A stretch of DNA of 64,000 nt, taken from the NCBI RefSeq assembly GCF_021028975.2, contig NC_059427.1:119908001-119972000 (forward strand), in the 5' to 3' direction. This DNA is from Sphaerodactylus townsendi (lineage: Eukaryota). How positions within the stretch are numbered: the stretch's first letter is position 1; every line of letters starts with the position of its first letter. A program made the translations under genes and the position numbers. Below, piece after piece: positions 12,101-25,804 of the stretch. The notes under the pieces were generated by a model. It was not told the origin of the DNA, ran no database searches, and saw nothing but the letters and a program-made list of their open reading frames with translations.

Positions 12101-14982
12101 CTCTAGTGTGACGACGTAGCTACGTAGCTGTTACGTTAAAAAACAAACAAAAAAAGAAATGCACATTCACGTTCCTGCCGTAACACAACAGCCAATCAGG
12201 AACGAGGAGCAGAAGAGGCGCCGAGGTGATCCCACCCTCTGATCACAGTGCCAACACGACACCTCAGCTGCCGTACTTTACTTCGTGTGGTTCCAGTTTG
12301 ATCCTAAATCGATTCCGCCAGTGGGGAATTGTTCAGTATCTGCCAAACACTCATAAACATTAACTAAAATGTCCTTTTTAGTTAGGTGTGCATTATCACT
12401 GTGGTGCAGTTAACAAAGACACACTGACAAGGTCATGGTGAGCTCAGATGCCTTGGTGTTTTGCCTCCCATACTTCCCTCTTAAGCTCCAGGGAATGGAG
12501 TGAGGAGACTGATGTTGCCTATATTGTTAGGAGTAGCTTCATATATTACAAACATCTGCCAGCCCCCAAGCAGTCACTTCCACATTCAAGTCTACTACTT
12601 CCTTGTAATATTCAGAGAGGAAACTGTGTATTGGAATGTAGCTACAAAGACTGATTTCACGTCTCAAGCCTGTACAAATTTCCTGTATCCTTTTTGAACA
12701 TTACAAACAGGCACCACAAGGCAAATACAGAATGAAATGCAGAGTTAGCACTTGTTGGAAGGAAATGAAGTTGTTTTAAAAGGAAGAAAAGAAAAATACA
12801 CATTTGGATTTAGGATTGTAGTTATATCAGAAGCAGCTGAGTATAATTTTGCTGTCAAACTAAGTTTATTGTAAGTATATCTTTAAATGAAACAACTTCT
12901 CCTTTCCTTCCGCAAGAAAGGCTAGGCTCAGGCTAACTAGGGTTGCCATCCCCCCATCTTGAGGTGGGGGAACCCTACCCCCTAGGCCTCACATCCTTGC
13001 TGCCCAGCAGGTGGCCCAGCAAGGGGACTAATTGGCAGTAGAAGAGGTCTACACCAGCGTCTCAGAGCTGTCGCTGGCAACAGGCCAATGGCTTCTGGTG
13101 TGCACTGGAAATTATGTCATTGGGTCACCTACAATGTGGGAGCGCTCTAATATTTGTGCAAATACTACATGGTAAAAATGGCATCTACAATAGTTTTTGC
13201 CCAAGTACCAGAGCATCCGTCTGTCACTGGCAACCTGATGGTTTCACTTCCAGCCCCAACCTGTTATTTTCCCTGCCAGCCCCAGAACTGCCCGCAGGCT
13301 AGGGTTCCCAGGTCCCCAATAATGGTAGACAATTTCCCAGGATTGCTGCTACTGTCCATTGACTCTCAGATGTTTGGTGGGCAGAAGCAGGTTGGCAAAA
13401 AGAACTGGGAAACTATCTGCACCAGCATGAGGCAAGGGGGTGCTCTATCATTCTCCCTAACATTCTATGGAAACCATAAAGTTTTTGGCCAATTGCTAGA
13501 GTATCCCCCAGTGTAGTGCCAGCACCTGCACCTGCCTCCCTTCAGCTCCTGCCTGTTTCCAAGAGAGATCTGACAACCCTATTCACATTAGGTAACTAAT
13601 GTGAATAGGAATTGTCAGCCTCAGATGGGGCCTGGGGATTTCCTGGAAATGATGTCCAGAAGTCAATGGCTGCTTCGGAGGATGGAATCTGTGGCATTAT
13701 ATCCTACAGAGGTCCCTCCCCTTCCCAGATCATGTGGGCCTACAAATTTCCCAACTCAGAGTTGAAAACCTCATTTATGTGTACCAAAAGGTCAGTTCAC
13801 TACTCAAGCTGCTAGGTTGGTCTGTGTGGGGCCTGCTCTGGACCTCAGCCAGGCAGATACCACTGTTCCTCCATGTTAAAAACAAACAAACCAGAGATCA
13901 TTTAACAGTCTTCCTATTATTAAACTCATTTTCTACTTGCGTGGAGGATTTTTCACCTGCAGTCTGGTATGGTTCATTAGCCCCCTCAGAGCTCTCATTG
14001 TTCCCTCACTCTGTCGCTTGGAGCAGGCTCAAATATAAACCACTCCTTATTCCAGATTTTTTTTTAATTAGTCTGTTTACCTATTTTTGTAAGGACCATA
14101 AGAACAGGATTAGGCACAGAAAACAAATGCTAGCTAGACTTTGAATATTGCTTTATCCAAATCAGAAGGCTTTAGCCAAGGAGCAAAACTTCATTTCCAT
14201 TGTAGAATATTTAATTTTTTTTTATTTTGTAAAATAGATCCCTTTTTATCAGAACTTTTCTTAAGGGGACAGCATGGAGTGTGTGTTTATGGGATTTTAT
14301 GGCATTTTCCTTTGAGCATTTTTTGATAAGTAAAGTTTATTGCTGGAGAGTTGTTTGCCTGTGATGTGTGTGTGAACTTTGTTGGACTGTTGTAATTTTT
14401 CTTTTGGATTTTATGATGTTGTTTTATTGTTGTGATGAAAACCACCTTAGCTGTCAAGCAAAATCAGTATTGAATGCAAAAAAAAAAACCCTTCTCAGAA
14501 GCAAACATCTTCCCTCTCATCATAAGTGATATCTGAGCAGCTGGCAAACAAATCACTTTTGTAATTAGTTCTTTAAAGGAACCAAACAAAAAAAAGCTGT
14601 GGGATCCTGGCTTTATGACCCCTGATAACTTCTGACCAGCCTTGGATGGTCTCCAAACATTGTTGTAAAAGTCAGATAAGAACATCAATTAATTACAGGA
14701 AAACAGTTATGCAGAGGGTGGCGTAGAACATACTTTCAGGAGAAAGTTGTTTATCAAAATGAGGATTTTTTTTAAAAAAAAACAGCAGTTAATTTATTTA
14801 CTTCATTTATACCTACCTTTCACCCAGCATGGACCCAAAGTGGCTTACATCCTTCTCCATCCTATCCACAAAACAATCCCAGTCTGTGGGTTAGACTGAT
14901 AGTGTGCAACTGGTCCAGGGTCTCTCAGTGACCTTTTTTTGGCAGAATGGGGATTAAAACCTGGGCCTCTCATAGCTTAGTC

Positions 14983-15250
14983 CAGTGATGGCGAACCTTT
15001 TCAAGACCGAGTGCCCAAATTGCAACCCAAAACCCACTTATTTATCACAAAGTGCCAACACAGCAATTTAACTTGAATACTGAGGTTTTAGTTTAGGAAA
15101 AAACGGTTGGCTCGGGAGTAAGCTTGGTGAAGCAACCGTGCAATGTTTCAAATGGGTGAATCATGACCCTAGGAGGGTTTACTCAGAAGCAAGCCCCATT
15201 GCCAGCAACCGAGCTTACTCCCAGGTGAAGGATCCTGCCCAGGCCAGCCT
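14983..15250. mobile_element. Truncated hAT MITE
   Basis: Begins CAGTGATGGCGAACCT, the same terminus type as 61904. The right end was not found. Confidence 0.55.
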
Positions 15251-16447
15251 AGATTGGTTCTGGCGATAATCCCAAGCAGTATGTGGGAACATTTCTCCTT
15301 ATCTCACATGCATCAGGCAGCATCTCCAAACAAAGATAGAACACTCGGTAATTATGTGAATTTAGAAAAGAACAGTTACTGAATGACACGCAGACTGACA
15401 GATAACAAGGAAAGGCTTCATGAGCCGGTCGCTGTTCACTTCAGATGGAATTCAGTTCTTGGGCTGGTCTGACTAACAATAAAGGTGGGTCAGTCTAATA
15501 TTTATAATACCTTGCGGTTTCCTGCCGTCACTTATCGTACAATACATTGTGAAGCATGAATAATTTTGCATTTGCTGTGACTTTTCTTCGATTAGGTCAG
15601 TTGGCGAAGGTGCAGAAAGCCAAATAGCTCCATGGGGCTGTCTCAACATGCCCATAAGGCAGCATGGTAATGACTAATGCTCCTGCTGTCTCAAAAGAAA
15701 GCAACTGTTGGGTGGTGCTGGGTTTTTGCTTCAACTACTGCTCCTCATTCCTCATTCCTGGCAGGGGGGAGCCCTTGTGGTGTCAGCAAGAAACAAACAG
15801 CTTGTGCAACTGGCTGAGAAATCAAAAACTAGTTTCTGTCAGCCTCACTATTAAGGTCAATAGCCTCTTCAGAGGAGAACAGGGGGCCTGCCTGCATACC
15901 TTTTCCTGTTTTTTTCTGGATTTTCCTACAAGTGACATCGCTCTGTTTACAATGGCAATTTTTAATTCATTTTCTTTCCCCTGCCAACTGCTGGAGTGCT
16001 GGCAGGCAGGACCTACTGGGGGCAGGAGATCTCCCGCTGCCAGCAGGCAGGCGGCAACCCTATTTGACACGCGAGCATCAAAAACTGGGAATTCACCGAT
16101 GTTTGTGAACATTCATTCCTACTCTGTGAGCACAGAAGTTGGCAAAGGTGTAGAAGCACTTAATTTAAGTGTATTAGTTTCTAACATCTGATATTATACA
16201 AGGAACACTTTGCAGAGGGAATCAACTTCGTTTGCTATAATTTATTCCCACAATATCATGTTTTGCCAGAATCCTTCACTAAGGGTGATGATTATTTTTC
16301 GCTCTTTCCACAATGGGAGAGAAAAACAGCTATTGTTAAGGTCATCAGCTCAGGATTCTGAAATTCCTCAAGATTTGTGGGTGGAGAATGGGGAAGGTAG
16401 CATCTGGGGGAGAGGAGAAACCTCAGTAGGGTATAATGCCATAGAAC

Positions 16448-16857
16448 CAGAGGTGGGATACAGCAGGTTCTCACAGGTTCCCGAGAGTAGGTTACTAATT
16501 ATTTGTGTGTGCCTAGAGGGGGTTACTAATTGGTGATTTTGCCATGTGATTTTTGCCTTAGTTACGCCCCTCCTCCTCCTCAGCAGTAGCACGCAGAACT
16601 TGAAGCAGTCTAGCAGGAGGTGAACTGGCGTGTGTGGCAGCCTGTGCCTGCGTTTCCCGCCCAAGGACCGGCGCAGTGGCTGCGTCCTTGCCACAGCCCT
16701 GCCCAGGAATGCCCTGCCCCCGGAATGCCCGGCCACGCCCCCGTTGTGGCCCGGCCACGCCCCCGTTGTGTCCCGCCCAGCCCCATTGGTGCTACGCCAC
16801 AGTTTGAATCCCACCACCATGGGAACCTGTTACTAAAATTTTTGGATCCCACTACTG
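16448..16857. mobile_element. hAT MITE nested in an older AGGGTTGCCA-family element
   Basis: TIRs CAGAGGTGGGAT and ATCCCACTACTG. Perfect 8-bp TSD CATAGAAC. Confidence 0.88.
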
Positions 16858-18065
16858 CATAGAACCCATCCTCCAAGGTTGCCATTTGCTCCAGGAGAAC
16901 TTATCTCTGAAGTCTGAAGATCAGTTTTAATTCTAAAATATCTTCAGGCCCAATCTGGAGGTTGGCAACCCTTGAACTGTTCATTTCAACAGAGTGGTAT
17001 ACTCATTTAAACAGTGGTATTGGAAGTCAGCAATGGGTCAGTGGAATACTGCAGTTATATTATCATGCTGCTAGCAATATGCCTTTATTAGAAGAGTGTG
17101 TGAAAAGGGTAGTTTCCAAGTGGGTTTAGAATGCTGTATCTGTTTAGGATTGAACTGTTGCTTGATTTGCTGATTCTCATCTAGTTTATTATGGCCCCCG
17201 AATGTCAAAATCTGTCTTCAAGAAAGACACAAAATTGCTCATGAAGCCAAATAGTTAAATATTTGAGAACTACTAATTTGGGGATTAGGGGCCATGGAGC
17301 TTTCCTGGGAAACATTTCTGTCAGAATATAATAATTAAGCTGTAAGCTTGGAAAGAAACTAGCCCAGAACTTCCTTGCCCAGAGATGTGAGTTCCTCTGA
17401 CCTAGGGCGGAATGGTTGTAATCCCTTCCCTGTTTGCTTGCACAATCTTGCCTTTTCAAAGCATCCTATGTAATTTGACTTGTACTTTTTAGATACCTGC
17501 TGTTCTAGCTTCACTGCTCTCTCTGTGTGTGAAAGGCCCAGACTGCCTATTATGTGACATGTATGGGCATTGCTGATGTATGTCTGCCTAAGTAATGTTT
17601 AGCTGAAAATATGCATAATGTGATGTGATCGTATAAGGATCTCGCTGTCTTCTGTTTTGCTTTCTTGCCAGTTGCTTGAGGCAATAAAGTGTGTTGTCTA
17701 TTGGTAGGTGGGCCCCATCAGTTGCAAAACCATGTTGACAACTGATGTCAGGCCTTGCAGGGCTGGCTCACAGCACAATTTCAGGAGGGCTGGTCAAGAG
17801 GAGAGGCTACTTCCAGTATCTGTAGAAAAATGGCACCTAGGATAAGCACTACCGGCTTACTCTGCCCCCTGCAACCCCACGTGGAATTCAAGGGCCAGTG
17901 AATTTAATGCTGAGCTTAGCTTGGCCAAGTCCAGCTTCAAGCTGCAGGCTTCAAGCCTGCAGTTTAAAACTCAACCTAGCCAGGCTGAGCTCAGTGTTGG
18001 ACTGAGCAGTTGCTCAGCCCAGCTCCAGTTTGCTCAGCCCAGCTCCAGGCTGGTTCTGCCCCGAA

Positions 18066-18558
18066 GTTTGTTTGTTTGTTTGTTTGTTTGTTGTATTTAA
18101 TATACCGCCCCATCCCTGAAGGGCTCTGGGAGGTGTACAGGTTAAATAAAACATAATCAGTTAAAATTTCTACCTAAAACCACAAATTAAGCATCACAAA
18201 CTACAACTCTTAACTCCACAAAATCAGGTGACAACATCAGCACACAGCAACTCACCAAGGGCGGCCAAAACAGTAAATGTACAAGTTAAAGATGGAATAT
18301 AAGATGCAGGGAATAGCACCCTCAATGGCTGACCTCCCCAAAAGCTTGGTGGAACAACTCCGTCTTGCAAGCCTTGCGAAACTGTTCTAGGTCCCACAGG
18401 GCCCAGATGGCTGAAGGGAGAGTGTTCCACCAGGCTGGGGCCAGGGTACTAAAGGCCCTAGCTTGGGCGGATGCCAGCTGTATTATACAGGGGCCTGGAA
18501 CCACCAGTAAATTGGTTTCTGCCAAATGCAGAGGCCAAGCAGGGACATATGGGGACAT
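18066..18558 (-). mobile_element. L2-like LINE 3' fragment with (CAAA)n tail
   Basis: Translation RAFSTLAPAWWNTLP...FRKACKTELF is typical of the L2 ORF2 C-terminus. A related + strand copy lies at about 51860-52375. Confidence 0.75.
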
Positions 18559-18942
18559 ATGTTTCACCTCCAAAAGTCAGGTGGAGCGTGGGGACAGAGC
18601 TAGCAGGGTAAAGCTGGAGCCGAGCAGAGCAGAGCAACTGCTCAGTATGACGCTGAGCTCAGTGTTGAACAAACCCAGGCCCCCCAACTCCACATGGAGT
18701 TCAGGTTATGGGCAAGCCCAGTTGAATGCTGAGCTCAGACAGGCATGGTTCAGTGTTCAACTGGGCACCCCCACTCCTAAACTCTACATGGACTGGGGCA
18801 CAGTCCAATAGTGGCTGCTTGGAGACTGCAGAGCACAGGCTGATGTCCCCTTCAAAGGGTGGCACCCAGGGTATGTGCCATGCCTTATCCCACCCTTGAT
18901 ATGCCTCTGACTCCCGGACTTGCCCCCCACCAAAGCAACATA

Positions 18943-19151
18943 GTATTGTCGAAGGCTTTCACGGCCAGATTCAACTGGTTGTTGTGGGTTTTCTGGGCTG
19001 TGTGGCTGTGGTCTGGTGGATCTTGTTCCTAACTGGACACAGTGTGTGACAGACTTCCCTCTGTGATACACCTCTGAAGATGCCAGCCACAGATGCAGGC
19101 TAAACGTTAGGAACAAGATCTACCAGATCATAGCCACACAGCCCAGAAAAC
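18943..19151. mobile_element. Penelope-like element, fold-back (inverted) 3' fragment A
   Basis: Terminus GTATTGTCGAAGGCTTTCAC, inverted arms and 13-bp TSD CCAAAGCAACATA. Hammerhead at 19071-19111 with GAAA mutated to TAAA. Confidence 0.8.
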
Positions 19152-19548
19152 CCAAAGCAACATAAGTTTGTAAGACTGAAAATGCCCATTGCTCCCCCAG
19201 CCTGCATCACCCAGACTTCCTTGGAGTAGCACAATACCTTCAGTCAGTCAAACACAGAGGTGAATGGTTCTAACTGGCAAAATTACTTACACAAAATGAA
19301 TTAACCCAGTATGTTAACTGTGGATGCAAAGAGAGAAAATTATTTGTCAAAAAAAGATTTTGAATTCAGTATTCTGTAAAACTTCCATAGGCAGGAACTT
19401 ATTCTACACATAGGACTAATTCTACATAAACATCCAATGTGATATAAATTATCTTAATACAAATGTAGAACCAGCAAGGACCTGTAAGGGCATCTAATTT
19501 TTCCCCTCCACCATTTTTATTCTTTCCCTCAATGAAAGCCCCCATAGC

Positions 19549-19793
19549 TAAGGTGACCAGATTTTTACTCCTGTAACGCGGCCGCAGGAGCACACTGCCT
19601 TTTGCGGCGCTCCCCGGTCAGGAAACAGGGAAGCGCCCCAGAAGTGGCCAGCTTGACAGCATGGGGAGGCTTTTTCTGCTTGACCCGCAGGAGCGCATTG
19701 CCTAATCGGGACAATTTTAAAACCCGCGGGATGCAGGACACATTGCGGAAAAGCGTGAGTGTCCCTCCAAAAGCGGGACGGCTGGTCACCTTA
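19549..19793. mobile_element. hAT (Blackjack-like) MITE
   Basis: TIRs TAAGGTGACCAG and CTGGTCACCTTA. Perfect 8-bp TSD CCCATAGC. Confidence 0.88.
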
Positions 19794-20740
19794 CCCATAG
19801 CCTTTCTCCTTTTCCTGCTTCCTTCTCTTCTTCCCATCCACAAGGTCACCCATCTTTCTCAGCCCCCCTGTCTTTGGCTTTCCCTCCTTTTCTCCCCCTG
19901 GCAGCCTCCGCCTGGAAAAATGTTGGTTCAGTTGTGTGGTGCTAGCCTATTCTGTGGTGAAGTAACTGCAAAAACTTCTAGAGGGCACTTTACTTTCTCC
20001 TGTATCCACCTCCCCACACAACTTGCTTTCCCCCCTCTCCTGGCAATCCTAGGGTAGCCAGCCTCCAGGAGATGGTTGGGGAATCTCCTGCTATTACAAC
20101 TGATCTCCAGGCAACAGAGATTAGTTCATCTGGAAAAAATTATCTCAGTGGCATCATTCTCCATTGAAGTCCCTCCCAACCCCAAACCTCACACTCCTCA
20201 GCCTCCACTCCCAAAATCTCCAGATATTTCCCTATCTGGAGATGGCCAGGCTAGGCAACCTCCATAACTCACCTTTTCCTGTTTCCTCTTGCATTCCCAC
20301 CCACCTACCAACCAACCTGGCTTTTGTCTGTCCCCCATTTTTAGCTACATTTGTTCATTTACACCCCACCTTTCTTCACAGTGAGGACCCAAAGCATCTT
20401 ATATTCTTTTCCTCTCCTCCATTTAACCTCACAACAACCCTGTGAGGTAGCTTAAGTTGTGAATATGTAACTGGCCCAAGGTCATCCAGTGAGTCACAGT
20501 GGTGATTAGAACCTTTGTCTCCTCCTAGTACGAACCTCTAACTGCTACACAGTGCTAGCTTTTGTGGGGTGGCTGCTGTTAAACAATGGCAAGTAGCCAG
20601 TTCTGGCTGAGTCATGACAGTTGCATGGTATCAATGATGCTGGGCCTGGCCTCAATGTGTACTTCTTCAAAGACCAAAGCAGCACTAGAAAGGGCCCTGC
20701 CCTGACCCTGCCTTTAATTGACAGAAACCAAAGCTTGAAT

Positions 20741-20936
20741 GTATTGTCGAAGGCTTTCACGGCCAGAATCACTGAGGTGCTGTGTGGTTTCCAGGCTGTA
20801 TGACCGTGTTCTAGCAGCATTCTCTCCTGACGTTTCGCCTGCACCAGATGCTGTATGCCAGCCCCAGATGCAGGCAAACTGTCAGGAGAGAATGCTGCTA
20901 GAACACGGCCATATAGCCCAGAAACCACACAGCACC
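20741..20936. mobile_element. Penelope-like element, fold-back fragment B
   Basis: Same terminus, about 75-bp inverted arms, TSD CCAAA(G/A)CTTGAAT. No complete hammerhead core. Confidence 0.8.
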
Positions 20937-21132
20937 CCAAAACTTGAATGCTGCCAATATTGTTGTGATCATTTAGTAGTAATGACTACCAACCGCAGTT
21001 GTTTCTTAAAACAGCAGGCAGAGCTTCTGTTATTTTGGAAAGGTTTTTAAAACTTCTAAAATTAAGATTTCAGATTTTTCTACAAATGAGGTTTTCTTCA
21101 GGTTTGTAGAAAGATTGAAGTCTATAAAGTTG

Positions 21133-21569
21133 TGCATGGGGTAGAAAATGTTGACAGAGAGGAAATTTTCTCTCTTTCTCACAATACTAGAACCAGGGGG
21201 CATACATTGAAAATGCTGGGGGGAAGAATAAGGACTAATAAAAGGAAACACTTCTTCACGCAACGTGTAGTTGGTGTTTGGAATATGCTGGCACAGGAGG
21301 TGGTGATGGCCACTAACCTGGATAGCTTAAAAAGGGCTTAGACAGATTGATGGAGAAGTCGATCTATGGCTACCAATTTTGATCCTCTTTGATCTGAGAT
21401 TGCAAATGCCTTAGCAGACCAGGTGCTCAGGAGCAGCAGCAGCAGCAGGTCATTGCTTTCACATGCTGCATGTGAGCTCCCAAAGGCACCTGGTGGGCCA
21501 CTGCGAGTAGCAGAGTGCTGGACAAGATGGACTCTGGTCTGATCCAGCTGGCTTGTTCTTATGTTCTTA
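21133..21569 (+). mobile_element. CR1 LINE 3' end
   Basis: TRGHTLK...RKHFFTQRVVGVWNML ORF2 tail and terminal GTTCTTAT repeat. Confidence 0.88.
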
Positions 21570-21819
21570 AAGATCTGTCTTGTCTGTTCATGGCTCCAGA
21601 TTCTGAATTTAAATATCCACAGATTTGGTTACATTGAGAATTAGATATATTAATGATGATATTTATTAAAGGGCAGCTAAAATGATTTTCAAAACTTTTC
21701 CCTAGAAAACATTTAATCGTGATTCTTAAAGAATATTACAGAAGAGGTTGTTTTAATCTTTTGTCAAACTTCCAATTAGGGTTGCCAGCTCTGAATTGGG
21801 AAATTCCCATGTGACTGGT

Positions 21820-22054
21820 GAGAGCCATTCTGATGTAGTTGTTAAGAGTGGCAGATTCTAATCTGGAGACCCCCTCCTTCTCATAAAGCCCTCTGGGTTG
21901 CCTTGGGTCAGTCAAAATTCTCTGAGAATCCTCTCAGCCTCACCTACCTCACAAGGTGGCTGTTGTGGGTAGAGGAAGGGATTATGATTGCAAGTCATGT
22001 TGAGACTTCTTAAAGTGGAGAAAAGCAGGGTATAAAAACCAACTCTTCTTCTTC
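21820..22054 (+). mobile_element. Squam3-like tRNA-derived SINE
   Basis: A-box-like TGTAGTTGTTAAGAG, body shared with the other copies, (CTT)n tail. Confidence 0.75.
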
Positions 22055-23641
22055 TAGAGATTTGGGGGTGGATCCTGGGAGGGGAGGGTTTGTGAGGGGA
22101 GGGATCTCAGCAGGGTACAATGGTATGGTATGGTAGTTATGTTTAATTTATATACTGCCCTCCCCTGAAAGGCTCAGGACGGTGCACAATAGCATAATAA
22201 TCAAAACATCATGCTACAAACATCAAAAATATAATATCGATAAACAAGGATCAGAAAACATAACCTCATAATATCATAGCATCATAAACATAACATCATT
22301 GACATAACATCATAACATCAAAACATAACATCATAAATAACAATAAGCATAGAATCATAAAACAGAACATTAAGAATCCCTCTCCAAAGCAGCCCTTTTC
22401 TCCAGGGGAATAGATTTTTCTAGCATGGAGATCAGTTGAAGTTCTACTAGATCTCTGGCAACTCTGTTCCTAATATATTCCCCCATCCTTCCACCCTTCA
22501 AATTTACACAGAATTATTCTGTGGAATAATTTTGGAAAGGTAACATAGACAAGGCCAATGTCAGATTTAGAATCTCTCACTGTGGCATTTAACAGTGTCA
22601 ATAAATGATAGCTCCTCATAGTATTCTTCCACGCATAAAATAATGTCCTTATAATACAGACTGTTGAGGCAACCCCATTTCATGCAGTCCCATAGGAAAG
22701 CATCTGAACCTCACCTCCAATGAACACATGCAAAGACCATCATTTGAGAACACTGGCATAGTGAGGGAGGCACAAAGGGGCAACAGCCCTGTGTGCCATT
22801 TCCTGGGTGTGGCCTGATGCCCCCTCACAATTGCGCCACAGCCCTGTTTGGGGCTGGGTGCAGTTAAATGCCAGTCACCAGAGCTAGCCCCACTCCTAAA
22901 CACCATGTACAGCTTGGGAGAGAGCTTCAAACATCACATGGAGTTTCGAAATTCGGCCGGAACCGGCTAGAGCTGCAGCCACCACCCCTCAGGCACTTCG
23001 GAGCAACCCATTTGCTGCTGGCCTCAGCTTTCCAGGTCCAGATTTAAACTGCAGGCTGGCAACTGGAATCCTGCAGTTCAAAACTGACCCCAAGCCTCAC
23101 TAGAGCACAGGTGGCTGATCGGCTGTAGTTTTATTCTGTTGGCTCCACCCACAAACACACACCACCAGCTCCACCTGACTGGAGGTGGAGCTTGTGGGTG
23201 GAGCCAACAGCATAAAACCAGAGATAGTCAGCCTTTGTGGTCAGTTTGGCCCACTCTGAACTTCATTGAAGAACAGGGCGGAGTGACTGGTGCCACACTC
23301 GAACTCCACATGGAGTTTGAGGGTGGGCCAGTTAGGCTGGCCCCACTGGTCAGCTGCATGACAAAGGTGCAGCTGGGAGCAGGGAGAAGCAGTGCCCTGG
23401 GTGAGCCCCAGGGAATGCTTTAATAAGCTACACCCCTGCTTGAGAAGTACAAAATCAGAGGAAATTCTGGTCAATAGTTGAATTTTAGGAAGACAGCCGA
23501 GGAAGAGGGAGGCATCACTGATGGAAATTCTATCTATTAACAGAGGTTTATTGTGGTTCCAAACTCCTTTCATTGTTTTCTTATTAAATGGTAAATTGGA
23601 GAAATGCCATAATTGTTCTATGAGTAGCCAATAATATTTAC

Positions 23642-23666
23642 GGAGGAGGAGGAGGAGGAGGAGGAG
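23642..23666. repeat. (GGA)n microsatellite
   Basis: About 8 direct GGA units. Confidence 0.9.
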
Positions 23667-23782
23667 TTATAATCCAGCTGGGCTTGGTTTACCTGCTACA
23701 GTATAAGAGCACAACTATTCATCTGGCCTTGTCCTCAAGCAAATTATTTTTATTTTCCTCCACTTGTTTTCTCTTGTCCTAG

Positions 23783-23885
23783 ATCTTCAGGCACCAATGA
23801 CCTGGCTGTGCTTATCTCCCGCATGCAAAGAAATGCAGACCAAGTGGAAAAGGATGTTCTTGAAACACAAAACAAGCTCAAACAG
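23783..23885 (+). CDS. EVPL: Envoplakin exon 2 (SSGTNDLAVLISRMQRNADQVEKDVLETQNKLKQ)
   Basis: Acceptor tag|, donor CAG|gtaaat. Matches ELALLISRMQANADQVERDILETQ. Confidence 0.95.
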
Positions 23886-24724
23886 GTAAATTTGGGAAAT
23901 CAATAGTACCTGTACCATAAGCAAGGACGTAGGTGGGGGGGGGGGTTATCAGGTTCAACCCCCCCATTACATGTCCGAAGCTCTGTCCCTGTTTGTGGTT
24001 TTTTCTAGTGTTTTTTCAGTTTTTGGCCTGCAGGGGGTGCATTTTTTAGGCAAGCAGCACCTCTCTGATCTGCTATGCTGTTTCAGGAGAAGTTCAAGAT
24101 TTCTAGACTGATCTTGGGCATGATGAATAGTATTGAAAACTTAGTACAGTAGAATTAGCTGGATCAGATCAAACATGCACCTACTCCAGTGTTTTCTGTC
24201 TTCAGTGGTGATCAGCTCAAGTACATCTGAGGTGCTTTATCTGTTGTCCTTCCTCAGCATCTGATACTGAGGGTCAAACTACACATTCAGGTTTTTAATG
24301 AGTTGTGTCTGGGTTCTTCATAGCCACATAGTAGCTCTGGGGAATGACTGTTTAACTATAAGGGAGAGCCCAAATGGGAAATGCTGCTGCTTGGAGGAGA
24401 GGGGTTGCTCCTGCCATCCATAGAGCAGCAACAACGTGTTGTTTCCGTCCTGGGGAATTGCTTTGGGGAAAGGCGGGAGCATTTCTCCCCCTGGCCCCTG
24501 GCATTTCTCCCCGCCCCCCCGCCCCCGGCAACCCTGAGCTTGTTTGGGTTCTTTATTTTTGAAAGTAACATAATAGTCATCAATGTATTCTATGAAAACC
24601 CTGCTTGGACTTATGAAAATGCAGGGACAGAGAACCTCACAAAAACATAATAGTGGCCTTCTTTATTTGTATGTTCACGCTGCAGTATCTAATGGGAGTG
24701 GTTCTCATGCCTCTACTTTTCTGA

Positions 24725-24886
<162 letters not shown>

Positions 24887-25001
24887 TGAGTAGTGGACCA
24901 ATCGCAATTGTAACCCATCTGCTGTATCAAATCTTGGCTAAAATGAAATATCAAGTAAGTGCATGGAAGCACTTTTAGGCAGCTGCCAAAAACAGGTAGT
25001 G

Positions 25002-25187
25002 CAGTGGTTCTCAACCTTCCTAATGCCGCAACCCTTTAATACAGTTCCTCATGTTGTGGTGACCCCCAACCCTAACATTTATCCATTTTACAGATGGAGA
25101 ACACTGATGCAGAGAGTCTTAGGCGACCCCTCTGAAAGGGTCGTTCGACCCCCAAAGGTGTCCCGACTCCCAGGTTGAGAACCACTG
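25002..25187. mobile_element. SPIN (URR1-like) hAT MITE
   Basis: TIRs CAGTGGTTCTCAACCT and AGGTTGAGAACCACTG. Both arms closely resemble rodent URR1/SPIN MITEs as recalled. TSD AGGTAG(T/C)G. Confidence 0.88.
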
Positions 25188-25680
25188 AGGTAGCGTGTAT
25201 TCTTACACCAGCGGAGACAGCATGTCATTTCAGCAAGAGAGAGAAGCAGAGGCAACTCTGCCGTCCTGTTTCTCCCCAAGCCCTTTTATTGACAGTTTAC
25301 AAGAGGAAAAACAAACAAGGCAGGCAGGGGTTTGCAGCACCGGGATACAAGACAATGAACAGGGCAAAGGGCGCAGGGGGATTTGGGCAGGGGATTTGGC
25401 AATTGCACATACACATTGGAGCCAGGAGGTCTTGCAATCTCAGCGGTTTCTCCGAATCCACATTTTGGAAGGAGAGGTCAGTCGCATGAACGGCGCATGG
25501 TCCCGGTGTGTCGGGAAGTGTGGGAGACCCTTTTCCGGGGGTGTGCCCGCCGTACTCGGGCGTCTCCCGGGCGCTCGTGCTCTCCAACAGTAGTGGGTTC
25601 CACTCCTCCTTCAAAAGCTTCAGCATCCTCAGAGGTTTTGATCTAGTCCCCCTTAAAAAATTTTCTTCTTTTTTACAAAG

Positions 25681-25804
25681 CATCAAGCAGCTCCATGATC
25701 GAGTGACATACCAATGTGCGGAATACCGAGATCTCTATGAGAAGTTTACAGTTCCTGAAGCTGGATCCAAAGTGGATTGGGCAAAAATTCTAGAACAAAA
25801 ACAG
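25681..25804 (+). CDS. EVPL: Envoplakin exon 4
   Basis: IKQLHDRVTYQCAEYRDLYEK...VDWAKILEQKQ. aag| acceptor, |gtaaac donor. Confidence 0.95.

Noticed and set aside
23788-23790. Alternative CAG acceptor for exon 2
   Set aside because: It shifts the frame into an immediate stop.
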